Source: a virus
Lineage: Duplodnaviria; Caudoviricetes
Reading direction: 5' to 3' (one strand)
IMG/VR virus record: IMGVR_UViG_3300018476_000015
Span: 1 to 56,393 of that record
Length of the DNA stretch: 56,393 nt
Below are positions 35,312 through 44,900 of the stretch, in pieces; within the stretch, counting starts at the first letter, position 1, and the number at the start of each line of letters is the position of its first letter. A program made the position numbers and the translations under genes. The notes below the pieces were generated by a model. It saw nothing but the letters and a program-made list of their open reading frames with translations, had not been told where the DNA came from and did no database searches.

Positions 35312-36282
35312 ACCGGCACCCCATTGGCCTGGGCCTCTTCCTGGGCCACGGCGGCGCGCTCCTCCTCCTCAATCTCGGCGGCCAGGTCGGCCACCCGGTT
35401 GTCCGTCTCCCCCGGGACGGCCTCGAAGCGCCCCTTGCTCAGGTAGTTGTGCAGGTCGACCGCGCCCCTTGAGTAGTAGGAGAGGTGCCCCACCAGGCAG
35501 CCCCGGTCAACGAACACACCGTGGGTCTCGTCGGAGGTGCGCCAGGCCGGGTGGAAGCCGGCGTAGCCCGCCGCCAGGACGCGCCGGGAGAAGGCCAGGT
35601 CCTCCCCGCCCCCGCGCCAGTCGAACCAGTGGCCCTCGGCGTTGGGCTCCAGCTTCCGGGCGCACTCCCGGGACAGGCAGACCATCCCCGTCCCCACCGC
35701 GTCGACGGCCAGCAGGGGGTGGTCGAGGCCCTCCACCACCGGCCCCGGGATGGTGCCCATCTCCGGGGGGTGGTCGGGCTCGGCGGGCAGCAGGGTGGCG
35801 CCGGCGGGGGAGCGCAGGCGGTCGCGCCGGAACTGGGACAGGTAGGCCCAGATTTCCTCCGACGCCGGCGAGTAGCGGTGCTCGCGCACGCCCCCGGTGT
35901 CGATTTCGCGCTCGTGGATGTAGGCGACGGGGATGGCCGGGCCCAGGCGGGAGACGATCATGGCGCTGACGTAGGGCTGCTGCCAGCCCACCAGGCGCCC
36001 CACCGTGTCGGGGTGGAAGACCTGGTCGCAGTCGACCATCACCAGGTACTCGGCCGTGCCCTGCAGGAAGAACTTGAGCAGGGCGTTGCGGGCCAGGTGC
36101 ACGGCGGCGCCCGGCACCGTCGCCACCTCGATGGTGAGGGAGGCGCGCTGGTGCTGCTGGAGCAGGGCCGTGACGCACTGGAAGAAGGGCCCCGGGATGT
36201 CCCCGGCGTAGGGCACGCCGAGGAGCACCCGGGGGTAGTGCCAGGCGTCGGGCGCCGTGTGGAGGGCGCGGGAGCGGGGCAC
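35308..36282 (-). CDS. Glycosyltransferase, GT-A (GT2-like) fold
   Basis: VLLGVP, V.LARN.L…FL, YLVMVDCD (DxD), VDAVGTGM.CLSR, GEDLAFSRR…G..VDRG…GH. Confidence 0.8.
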   Translation of the reverse strand: MPRSRALHTAPDAWHYPRVLLGVPYAGDIPGPFFQCVTALLQQHQRASLTIEVATVPGAAVHLARNALLKFFLQGTAEYLVMVDCDQVFHPDTVGRLVGWQQPYVSAMIVSRLGPAIPVAYIHEREIDTGGVREHRYSPASEEIWAYLSQFRRDRLRSPAGATLLPAEPDHPPEMGTIPGPVVEGLDHPLLAVDAVGTGMVCLSRECARKLEPNAEGHWFDWRGGGEDLAFSRRVLAAGYAGFHPAWRTSDETHGVFVDRGCLVGHLSYYSRGAVDLHNYLSKGRFEAVPGETDNRVADLAAEIEEEERAAVAQEEAQANGVPV

Positions 36283-36291
36283 CCCTGGCCC

Positions 36292-36681
36292 CTAGAGGTC
36301 CGAGTTGGTCTTGGGGGCCGACTTGTTGGCCACCATGATCGCCCCGGTGGCGTTGGTCAGGGCGTTGCCCACCAGGACGGCGCGCACGTAGCGCCGGCGG
36401 GTGACGAAGCGCACCCCCACGTCCCCGGCCATCTCCGCGTTGGGCCCGGAGACGAAGTCGCCGGCAGCGATCACCCGGTAGGTGCCGGCCGAGGTGAAGG
36501 CCGCCTCGACGTTGATGGTGACGGTGCCCGTCGCCGCGGCGGCGCCCCAGAAGACCCGGGCCACCAGGGGGTGGGTGATGGGCGTGCCCCCCATCCCGAG
36601 GTCGACCACCGAGGAGGTGAACGACGTGGCCGGGACGGAGGGGGTCAGGGTGAACAGGATCAGGTTCTTGTCGGCAGGCAT
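36292..36681 (-). CDS. Capsid decoration/cement protein (Bbp16-like)
   Basis: Directly after MCP; TSSVVDLG…RRYVRA beta-sandwich pattern. Confidence 0.6.
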   Translation of the reverse strand: MPADKNLILFTLTPSVPATSFTSSVVDLGMGGTPITHPLVARVFWGAAAATGTVTINVEAAFTSAGTYRVIAAGDFVSGPNAEMAGDVGVRFVTRRRYVRAVLVGNALTNATGAIMVANKSAPKTNSDL

Positions 36682-36723
36682 GACGTATTCCTTCCGGTGG
36701 TTCGCCTGTCAGAGCGAAGGGAT

Positions 36724-36753
36724 TTGCGGTTCTACCCTCGAGCCTGGTATACT
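36724..36753 (+). promoter_or_regulatory. Copy 10 of the early promoter, no hairpin, antisense to MCP
   Basis: GATTTGCGGTTC…CCTGGTATACTCT; TTGCGG 36724-36729, 18 bp, TATACT 36748-36753. Confidence 0.75.
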
Positions 36754-36766
36754 CTGGAGGTCGGGC

Positions 36767-37759
36767 CTACTTGACGGCCTCGACACCCTGGACGCGGGCC
36801 AGGGAGCGGACGTGCCACGAGGCCAGGCCGGGAGACCAGTCGACGCGGGTGCGCATCACCGGCTCGGTCTGGAGTTCCCCGAGGTCTCTAACATCGAGGG
36901 CTTCCTTCTCCCAGCCGTGGAAGTGTGTCCGCACGCCCGTCTTGGCCCAGTACATGGAGGTGCAGTCGGTCTGCCCGCCGAAGGCCTCGGCGTCGGTGAT
37001 GATCGGCGTCACCTGGTCGGCCTTCACGCCCACGTCGTAGATGGGGCAGTCGCGGAACGTATAGACGATCCGCTCGTACTGGTCGCGGGTGATGGAGAAC
37101 AACTGCTCCCGGCGGAAGGCGCTCTCCAGGGCCAGCAGGGTGGTCTTGTTGCAGTAGCCGGCGTCGGGGCGCTTGCCGTCCAGGAAGTACATGGAGCGGT
37201 TGAAGCTGTCCAGCACGGCGTGGCGGTTGAGCGAGGTGGCGGTGGGCCCGAAGGGGGTGGCCACCCCGCCGGGGGCCAGGATGGCGTCGCCCAGCCCGGT
37301 GAGCGGATCGGCCACGTCGTTGATCCGGGTGCGGATGCCCGCCGGCGCGTTGGCCAGGGCCGTCCCGCCCGCCCCGATCCAGGGCCCGTTGATGGCCGCC
37401 TCGTTGAACTCATACGTGAGCGTCTTCAACTCGGTCTCGGTCATCAGGACACGAGGGTCCTCGAACTGGCCGTCGAGATTTTCCAGTCCTTTGGGGATGT
37501 CGATGTCCCTGCCCAACTTGAACACGGTCTCCTCGACCTGCTCAAGCTGGGCGGTCGACTTCCCGTAGGCTTCCCCGATGGCCACCCAGCCGGGTTTGGT
37601 CAGGGACGTGCGCACCTGGCGGGTCATGGAGATGCCCAGCCGGTTGACGGTGAAGAAGGGGATGCTGGCCATGATGTTGCTCTCCAGCCAGAACATCATG
37701 AGCACCCCCATCCGCAGGGGGTCCTTCTCGTTGAGCGCTGCTTGCGCGATTGTCCACAC
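36767..37759 (-). CDS. Major capsid protein (HK97 fold)
   Basis: 330 aa after scaffold; S.IM..IPF…R..L..PGW..IGE.Y…F….INGP…GI..R…TSMY…W..GLA..H.RSLARV.GV. Confidence 0.8.
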   Translation of the reverse strand: MWTIAQAALNEKDPLRMGVLMMFWLESNIMASIPFFTVNRLGISMTRQVRTSLTKPGWVAIGEAYGKSTAQLEQVEETVFKLGRDIDIPKGLENLDGQFEDPRVLMTETELKTLTYEFNEAAINGPWIGAGGTALANAPAGIRTRINDVADPLTGLGDAILAPGGVATPFGPTATSLNRHAVLDSFNRSMYFLDGKRPDAGYCNKTTLLALESAFRREQLFSITRDQYERIVYTFRDCPIYDVGVKADQVTPIITDAEAFGGQTDCTSMYWAKTGVRTHFHGWEKEALDVRDLGELQTEPVMRTRVDWSPGLASWHVRSLARVQGVEAVK

Positions 37760-37794
37760 GGCCGTCCGCTCCCCTCAGTTGGGGAGGCGGTCGC

Positions 37795-39051
37795 CTACGT
37801 CGCTCGCTCTCGTTGCTCGTAGCCGCGCTGGATCAGCCCGCGCACCGTCGACACGTCCGGCGCCCGGGTCGGGACGGTGGTGCCGGTCTGCTCCCCGATG
37901 GGGACCACCCCGGTGCCATTCGACCTGGGCGCGGGGGCCCCGTTCCCGTTCCGGCCCCACGGCGACCGCCCCGACGCCCGCCCGCGCTCTTCCGCCGCCT
38001 CAAGGTCCTTCTTGTGCTGCTCCTTGAGGGCGGCGACGGCCTGCGCGTGCTTCGCGGCCTGCTCCTGGAGCGCCTGGCTCACCTTGCCCGTCAGCTTGGG
38101 GCTCTTGGTGGCCATGTAGTCCACGAACTTGGCCAGCCCGGTCGCCTCGTCGTCGCCCTCGTCGGGCCCCGCCTTGAGGTAGTCCGGGTCGTCGGCGTCC
38201 ACCTCGAACGCCTCCGCGATCATGCTGCTGATGCGCACCGAGAGGTCCCGAGTGGCGCCCGCCTCCTGTTCTTCCAGTTCCATCTGGCGGGCGTAGGCCG
38301 GGGGGTCGTCGCGGCGTAGCTGGCGCAACTGCTCGACCCGCCAGTCGTCCTGGTCGGCCGCCTGCAGTCCCTCCTGCAGCTTCTCCGAGAGTTGCTCGGC
38401 AAGCTGGACGGGGCTCAGTTGGGGGTCGGAGCGGAGGCGCGCCACGACGCGCTTGAGGCCCGGCTGGGCCCGGAACGCGCGCTGCCAGCGCTCCGAGGCG
38501 AACTCCTGCGCCGTGGCCTGGGGAGCCGGGGGCGTGGGGGATTCATCAGGGGTCGCCGGCGACGGGGACGCCTCAGGGGGCGCGCCGGGCTCGGTCGGTG
38601 GCGCTTCCTTGGAAGGCGCCGGGGGCCGAGGGGAAGCGGGCCGGGGAGGAGCCGGTGTCGGGGTCTCTTGTACCGCGGGGCGGTCGGGTGTGTCAACCGC
38701 GGTGGCGGTATTGGCGGCCTGGGCCTGCTCGCGGGGCAGGAAGCGCCCGGTCGCCGGGTCGCGCTCGCGGAGTTGCACCACCGGGCCCTCGGGGCCCATG
38801 GGGGCGGTGCCGTTGGTGCCCGCCTCGACCGGCGGGGGCTCGCCCTGGGCCGTGCCGTCCGCCATCTCCTTCTGCCGGCCGTAGGCCTGCCGGAGCATGG
38901 ACTGGGCGTCCTCCAGGTTGATCCCCCGGGGCGGGGCGGTGCCGTTGCCCCCGGTCGAGCGCTGGGTCGGTGGCGCCTGCTCGACCGCCGGGGGCGCCGC
39001 AGGAGCCTCCTGGGGGGAGGCCGGGGCGGCGTCGGTAGCGGTTTCTGGCAT
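37795..39051 (-). CDS. Capsid scaffolding protein
   Basis: P/A-rich disordered N-terminus, coiled coils, directly upstream of MCP. Confidence 0.65.
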   Translation of the reverse strand: MPETATDAAPASPQEAPAAPPAVEQAPPTQRSTGGNGTAPPRGINLEDAQSMLRQAYGRQKEMADGTAQGEPPPVEAGTNGTAPMGPEGPVVQLRERDPATGRFLPREQAQAANTATAVDTPDRPAVQETPTPAPPRPASPRPPAPSKEAPPTEPGAPPEASPSPATPDESPTPPAPQATAQEFASERWQRAFRAQPGLKRVVARLRSDPQLSPVQLAEQLSEKLQEGLQAADQDDWRVEQLRQLRRDDPPAYARQMELEEQEAGATRDLSVRISSMIAEAFEVDADDPDYLKAGPDEGDDEATGLAKFVDYMATKSPKLTGKVSQALQEQAAKHAQAVAALKEQHKKDLEAAEERGRASGRSPWGRNGNGAPAPRSNGTGVVPIGEQTGTTVPTRAPDVSTVRGLIQRGYEQRERAT

Positions 39052-39070
39052 ATGCTCTTCCTTACACGTC

Positions 39071-41914
39071 TTACTTCAGGGAGTACCCGCCGGTGGTCAC
39101 CTTGGCCCCCGGCGCTGCGCGCTCCGAGTACATCTTGAAGGTGTCCTTGTCCACGCCCCCGGCGCCGGCGAAGGACCCGACCACGGCCCGGGCCACCGGG
39201 CTCAGCTTGCGGGTCTGCTTGAGGTTCTGCAGGCGCACCTGGCTGCTGGAGATGGGGGCCACGTTGGCGTCCTGGACGGAGCCGGTGGTGGCGCCGTAGT
39301 TCCCGCTGCTGCTCACCCCCGTCCCGGCCTTGAACGCCTCGACGGCGGCGGGGGTGCGGATGGAGACGCCCGAGGACGGCGGGGTCGAGGCCGACCCGGT
39401 GGCGGTGCCGGTGCTCGTGTCCGCCGTCTGGGCGGTCTGCGTCGCCGCCGCGGTGGGCTGCACGCTGGGCTGCGCCTCGCTCTGCTGGGCGAAGATGTTG
39501 TTCGAGGCGCCGGTCTGCGTCTGGGCGCTGGGCGCCGGCGCGGCCTGGGCCGTGGGCCCGGTCTGCACCCCCTGCGAGGACGCCGACTGGGCGTACTGCT
39601 GCGCCACCGTGGGGGCAGGCGTCGCCGGGTAGGGCTGCACCGGGGGCGTCTGGGCCCCGGGCTGGGGGATGCCGGGCTGGGCCTGCCAGGCCCCGGACGC
39701 CCCGAACTGGGCCACGCTCTGGCCGGGGGCGGTCATCCCCGGCACGCCCTCCATCCCGGCGGTGTTGCCGGTGTTCCACCCGGTGGCGCCCCGGGCGTAC
39801 TCGTTCTCGAAGGCCATCGCCGGGTTGGCGGCGCGGGCGTAGGCCGCCTGCTGCTGCTCGGCCAGCAGGCGCTGCATCTCGACGGTGGCCTTGTCCCCCA
39901 CGTACCCGGTGGCGACCTCCGCGTCCTGCTTCAGCTTGAGCAGGTTGTACTCGGCCACGGCCTTCTTGTACGCCTCGTCCGCGATGGCCTGCTTCATGTT
40001 GGCGTCGGCGTTGATCTTGTTGATGGCGTTCTTCTCGGCCGCGTCCTTAATCTCGGCCGCCAGCTTCTGGGCCTCCAGGGTGTCCAGGCCGTTGAACTTG
40101 CCGGTCAGCTTGGCCTGCTCGATGGCCTGGTTGACGGCGTCGCTTTTGATCTTGTCCAGCAGCTTGTTCCACTCCAGGTCGAACCCGTTGGGCAGCCCGC
40201 CCTTGATCGGCCCGAAAGGGGTCATCTCCCCCTCGGCGTAGGTGCCCGAGACGCCGTTCGGGTTGGCCCCGGCGCCCGCCGCCGGCGGGGCGGTCACGTT
40301 GCCGTTGGTCACGCCCCCGCCGTTGATCTGGGTGCCGTAGCCGATGGTGTTGGCGTCGACCTGCCCGCCGTAGTCGGCGGTGCCCGCCCCGGAGCCGTCC
40401 GGCTGCACGCCCACCAGGGCGGCCAAGTTGGGGGCCACCCCGCCGATGCTGGCCGGGGTCATGTTGAAGACCTTCTTCAGGAAGTCCCAGCCCCGGTTGG
40501 TGACCCGCACCACGCCCAACTGGATGGCCCGCGCGATCAGGGGCGCGTACTCCTGGGGGATGCCCGAGGTGTTCAGGCTGCTCTCGGTGTCCGAGCGCAG
40601 CAGCAGGTTGCCCAGGACGGCCCAGTCGCCCTCCAGGTTGACCCCCGGGCCGACGAACAACTGGGCGGTGGGGGTGGGCCCGCCCCCCACGCCGGCGGGC
40701 GCGCCGGGCGTGTTGCTGCCCCCACTCCCACCCCCGCCTCCCCCGGTGGCGTAGCCGGTCTGGTAGTAGGGCAGGGCCATGGGCTGGGGGTCCTGCATCG
40801 GCTGCGGGGCCGGGGCCATCTGCTGCTGGGCCATGGCCGGGTCGACGGGCTGCGCCGCCGGGGCGGCGGCGCCCATCCCCATCCCCATCGCCGGCGGGGC
40901 GGACGCGCCCGTCATCGGCTGCTGCATGGTGGAGGCGCCCCCGCCCCCACCCATGGCGCCCCGGGCGAGCAGGCCGGCCATCGGGTTGACCCCGCCCCCG
41001 CGCCCGCTGTGGACCCACTTGTTCCAGTTCTGCTGGCCCCCGGCGCCGGCGTAGCCCTTGCTCTCGTCGTAGGCGCCGGCGTCGTCGGTGGGGTCGCCCT
41101 GCCCGCCCGAGCCGTAGGACTTGTTCAGGCCCACCCAGGAGCCCTCGCCCGCCGCCGGCAGCCCGTTGAGCCCGCCCCTGCCGGAGATGAAGGAGAAGGG
41201 CTGGGCGCCGTAGTAGGCCCCGGTGGTGTTGCGGGGCCCGCCCTTGCCCCCGTTGGCTGCCGGGTCCCACCCGCTGTCCTGGCGCCCCAGGCGGATGCCG
41301 GCCTCCTCCATCTTCCCGGTGGCGGCGTTGCGCTGGGTGGCCATCTCCTGCTTGCCCCAGCCCAGGGGCCCGCCCTCGTCGTCCCGGCCGATGAAGTGGC
41401 GGTTGCCCTCCGGGTCGAACCAGCCCGCCCCGTTGAAGCTGCCCTGGCGCTCGGAGAAGGGGTTCATCTCCCCCAGGCGGTTGGTGTAGCCCCCCGGCTG
41501 GGTGGCGCCCATATAGGGCGTGCGGGTGGTGCCGAAGCTGGGGTTGCCCGAGGCGTCCTTCCCGCTCCCGGGGACCACGTTGGAGCCGGGGTACGCCGGC
41601 TTCTGGTCTCCGTAGGGCGTCCCGGCGGCGGGGTTGCTGCTCTGCCCCTTGGCCCCGTAGCCCCCCTGCCCGGGGGGTTTGGCGCCGGGCTGCCCGTTGG
41701 CCTGGGCCCAGACGGTGGCGGCGTTCTCGCCGTGCACCCCGTACCAGGTGGCCTGGTCGGCGGGGGGCAGGTTGTAGAAGCCCTGGGCCTCGGGGGGGAC
41801 CTGGATGCGGTTGCTCTGCGCCGCCCAGAAGTAGGGGGCGCTGGCCCCGTACATCCCCTCGAAGTTGGCCCGCACCTCCTGGGGCTGGGCGGCGAAGTCT
41901 TCCCTGATCCCCAC
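39071..41914 (-). CDS. Internal virion/ejection protein (G/Q/A-rich)
   Basis: 947 aa low-complexity with coiled-coil core; AKLTG.FNG..TL motif. Confidence 0.6.
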   Translation of the reverse strand: MGIREDFAAQPQEVRANFEGMYGASAPYFWAAQSNRIQVPPEAQGFYNLPPADQATWYGVHGENAATVWAQANGQPGAKPPGQGGYGAKGQSSNPAAGTPYGDQKPAYPGSNVVPGSGKDASGNPSFGTTRTPYMGATQPGGYTNRLGEMNPFSERQGSFNGAGWFDPEGNRHFIGRDDEGGPLGWGKQEMATQRNAATGKMEEAGIRLGRQDSGWDPAANGGKGGPRNTTGAYYGAQPFSFISGRGGLNGLPAAGEGSWVGLNKSYGSGGQGDPTDDAGAYDESKGYAGAGGQQNWNKWVHSGRGGGVNPMAGLLARGAMGGGGGASTMQQPMTGASAPPAMGMGMGAAAPAAQPVDPAMAQQQMAPAPQPMQDPQPMALPYYQTGYATGGGGGGSGGSNTPGAPAGVGGGPTPTAQLFVGPGVNLEGDWAVLGNLLLRSDTESSLNTSGIPQEYAPLIARAIQLGVVRVTNRGWDFLKKVFNMTPASIGGVAPNLAALVGVQPDGSGAGTADYGGQVDANTIGYGTQINGGGVTNGNVTAPPAAGAGANPNGVSGTYAEGEMTPFGPIKGGLPNGFDLEWNKLLDKIKSDAVNQAIEQAKLTGKFNGLDTLEAQKLAAEIKDAAEKNAINKINADANMKQAIADEAYKKAVAEYNLLKLKQDAEVATGYVGDKATVEMQRLLAEQQQAAYARAANPAMAFENEYARGATGWNTGNTAGMEGVPGMTAPGQSVAQFGASGAWQAQPGIPQPGAQTPPVQPYPATPAPTVAQQYAQSASSQGVQTGPTAQAAPAPSAQTQTGASNNIFAQQSEAQPSVQPTAAATQTAQTADTSTGTATGSASTPPSSGVSIRTPAAVEAFKAGTGVSSSGNYGATTGSVQDANVAPISSSQVRLQNLKQTRKLSPVARAVVGSFAGAGGVDKDTFKMYSERAAPGAKVTTGGYSLK

Positions 41915-41915
41915 G

Positions 41916-44900
41916 TCACACCGTCCCCGGCGAGCCCGCAGCCCGCCCCGCGCTGGTGGGCACCACGCCCGTCTGTTGGAGCAACCGCTGCAGCGGGCTC
42001 ATCGCCTGGGGCATCGCCGGCCCCCCGTAGTAGCCGGTGGTCGGGCTGGCCACCCGGCTGCCCCCGCCGGTCGTGGCCGGCACGTTGCTCGCCCCGAAGC
42101 GGGGGGCGCCCGTCCCGGCGCTGGCCCCGGGCTGGTAGAGGGTGGACTGCCCGGCGACGCCGGAGGTCCCGGAGACGCCCGAGGTGGAGAAGGGGGCCGG
42201 GGTGGCGGCGTCCCACATGGGCGCCTGGGCCTGGCCGTTCTGGCTCTGCTGGGCGCCGTAGGCCCCGCCCCCGGCGCCCCCCGTCGCCGGCGAGGGCCCG
42301 GCGAAGCCCCCGGACATCCCGCCCCCGTTCCGGTCGCGGGCGGGGTCGGGCTGCTCCAGGGCCATCTGGGCCCCGTAGCCCACGTTGACCGACGCCGGCG
42401 GGGGGATGGTCCAGATGGAGCCCCCGCCCCCGCCGGTGCCGTGCTCCCAGCCGTAGGTGCCCATCGTCGGCGGGTCCTCGCCGTGGTAGCCGGCCCCGCC
42501 CCCGCCCAGGCCCTCGAAGGCCGAGCCGTCCGCCCGGTGCCAGGTCTCCACCGCCCCGTCGTCGTAGTGGGTCTGGAACCAGTCGCCGTCCAGGGGCATG
42601 ATGTGCTTGCCCTGGACGGGCAGGCGCCGGCGCTTCTTGGCGGCGGCGCTCTGGCTCTGGCCTTGCGCGCCCCCGCCACCGCCCCCGCCGCCGGTGGCGA
42701 TGTTGGGCGTGCTCTGGATGCCCCCCTGCTGGCCTTGACGCTGGCGCTTGGGGATGTAGTAGCCGGGGAAGTCCATCCCCCCGCCCACGAAGTAGCCGCC
42801 CTCGTCCTCCTCCTCTTCGGGGACGGGGGGCGACCAGGGCGGGGCCTCGCCGGGCGACCCGCCGGGCACCACGTTGCCGGTGTAGAAGTTGGCCGGCGCC
42901 GCCTGGTCGGGGGGTGGCCCGCCCTCGGGCAGCGGGATTTGCCACTCGTCGCTCGTCCCGTCCGAGTAGGTGGTACGGGCGTAGCCGGGCTTGCCCTCGC
43001 TCTCCAAGTCGACCGTGCTCACCTCGGTGCGAGGCTGGGTGGAGGGCTGCTGGGCGGTGTTGGGGGTGTTGTAGTCGGCCCCGGGCGCGGCGGTCGCCGG
43101 CGCCGCCGCCGGCGCAGCAGCAGCGGGGGCCGGTGACGCGCCGGCGGCCTTGGGCTTGAAGGGCGAGGTGAAGGGCTCCTGCTGCTGGGCCACCACGCCC
43201 TGGCGCTGCTTGTCGATGCCGGCCTGGCGGGCCTGCTGGGCGTCGTAGTTGGCCGCCACCGGCTCGAAGACGTTGGGGGCGATGTTCATCGAGGCGGCCG
43301 CCTTGCGGGGGTCGGTCACCTGGGACAGGCTGGCCAGCATCGCGGTCTGGAAGGGGGCGGTGGCCATCTGGTAGCCGGCCACCCCCTGGCGCGCCTCGCC
43401 CGCCTCGGCGGTGCGCCGGGTGCGCTCGCTGAAGCCCTCCTCCGCGAGGTTGTGGCGCCCGGCCTCAAGCTGCTGCTGGCGCTGGGTCTCGCTGTTCTGC
43501 AGGGCGGTGAAGTCCTGGACGTTCTTGGCCGCCTGCATGACCAGCCCGCGCACCTCGGACGGGGAGGCCCCCGAGTTGATGGCCTCCTCGATGCGCTGCC
43601 ACTCCTCGGCCTCCTTCTGCTCCTGGGCCAGCTTGAAGGCGTCGCTCTCGGCCTTGGTCCCGGCCTGGTCGCTCTCGGCCTTGGCGCGCTTGTCGTAGAC
43701 GGCCCGCTCCTCGGGGGTGAGCGTGTCCGTCATCGAGACCAGCTTGCCGTTCTGGTCGATGCGCACCGCCTGGCCCGTCGAGGAGACCGTGACGCTGTCC
43801 GTCAGGCGCTCATCGAACCCCGGGTTGGGGGTGGCGACGATGTCCCCCGTCACCCGGTCCTGGGTGACGATGTAGCGGTCCTTCGAGGTGGCCCGCACCT
43901 CCTGGGGGGTGTTCAGGAACGAGCGGTTGGGCTGCCAGACAATCGACCCGTCCGAGGGGTCGTAGATGAGCAACTCCGGGCCGTCCCCGCCGGAGAGCAC
44001 CACCGGGTTCCCGTCCTTGGGGATGGGAATCTGGTTGATGAGGTTGCCGGCGGGGTCGGTGACGTAGAGCCCGTCCGCCCCGGTGTGCACGCTGACGGTG
44101 GGGGGCTTGGGCCCGCCGATGGGCTTCCACTGCCCGTCCTTGGGGTCGAGGAAGACGGTCTGCCCGGTCTCCTGGTCGACCGCCGTCTGGACGTTGCCCT
44201 GCTGCCCCGGGGGCTTCTGCCCGGTGGCCTCGGCCACGTCCTTGAGGTTGCTCTGCTGGGCCTTGGCCAGGTCGGTGCGGGCCTTCGCCTGGGCCTCGAC
44301 AATCGCGTCGTAGTCCTTGCGCTCGGGGGAGCCGGGCTTCTCCATCCCCGCCACCAGGGCCTGCGCCGTCCGCAGCGCCGCCACCTCCGGGGTGTCCGGG
44401 TTGTCGTTGTCCACCGGGGGCACCACGTTGTTGGCCTGCTTGAGGAGCCACCTGGCGTTGTCCAGGGCCTCGGCGGCGTCGTACAGCTTGGCGTTGGCGA
44501 CGTTGGCCCGCTCCTTGGCCTCGGCCAGGATGGGGCTGTCGCCCGGATCGGGCTGGGCGTCCGGCACGCGCTGGCGCTTGGGCGGGCCGGTGGGCGCCGG
44601 CTCGGCGGTGGCCCCGGGCGTCCCGGGGGCGGTGGTCGCGGCGCCCCCGGGGTTGCGGGCCCGGATGGCGTCGATGCCGGCCTGGATGGTGGCGCCGGCC
44701 TTGCCCAGGAAGTCCCCGACGCCCTGCAGGGGTCCGGGCTTGGCCGCCCCCGAAGGCTGCCCCGCCTGGCGTACCGCGTTCCCGAGGGCCACGCCCTGCT
44801 GCGCCTCGTCGGTCAAAGCCATGTCCGTACTCCCTGCCTCCGGTGCCGCCGGTGCCGCCGGCGCTGCTGGTGCCGCCGGGCGGCGCGTTGAGGCCCCCTG

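Noticed and set aside
192-36753. Repeated element as a CRISPR array or integron attC sites
   Set aside because: Copies are degenerate, separated by whole genes, carry -35/-10/SD features, lack GTTRRRY cores, and there is no cas or integrase gene in the window.
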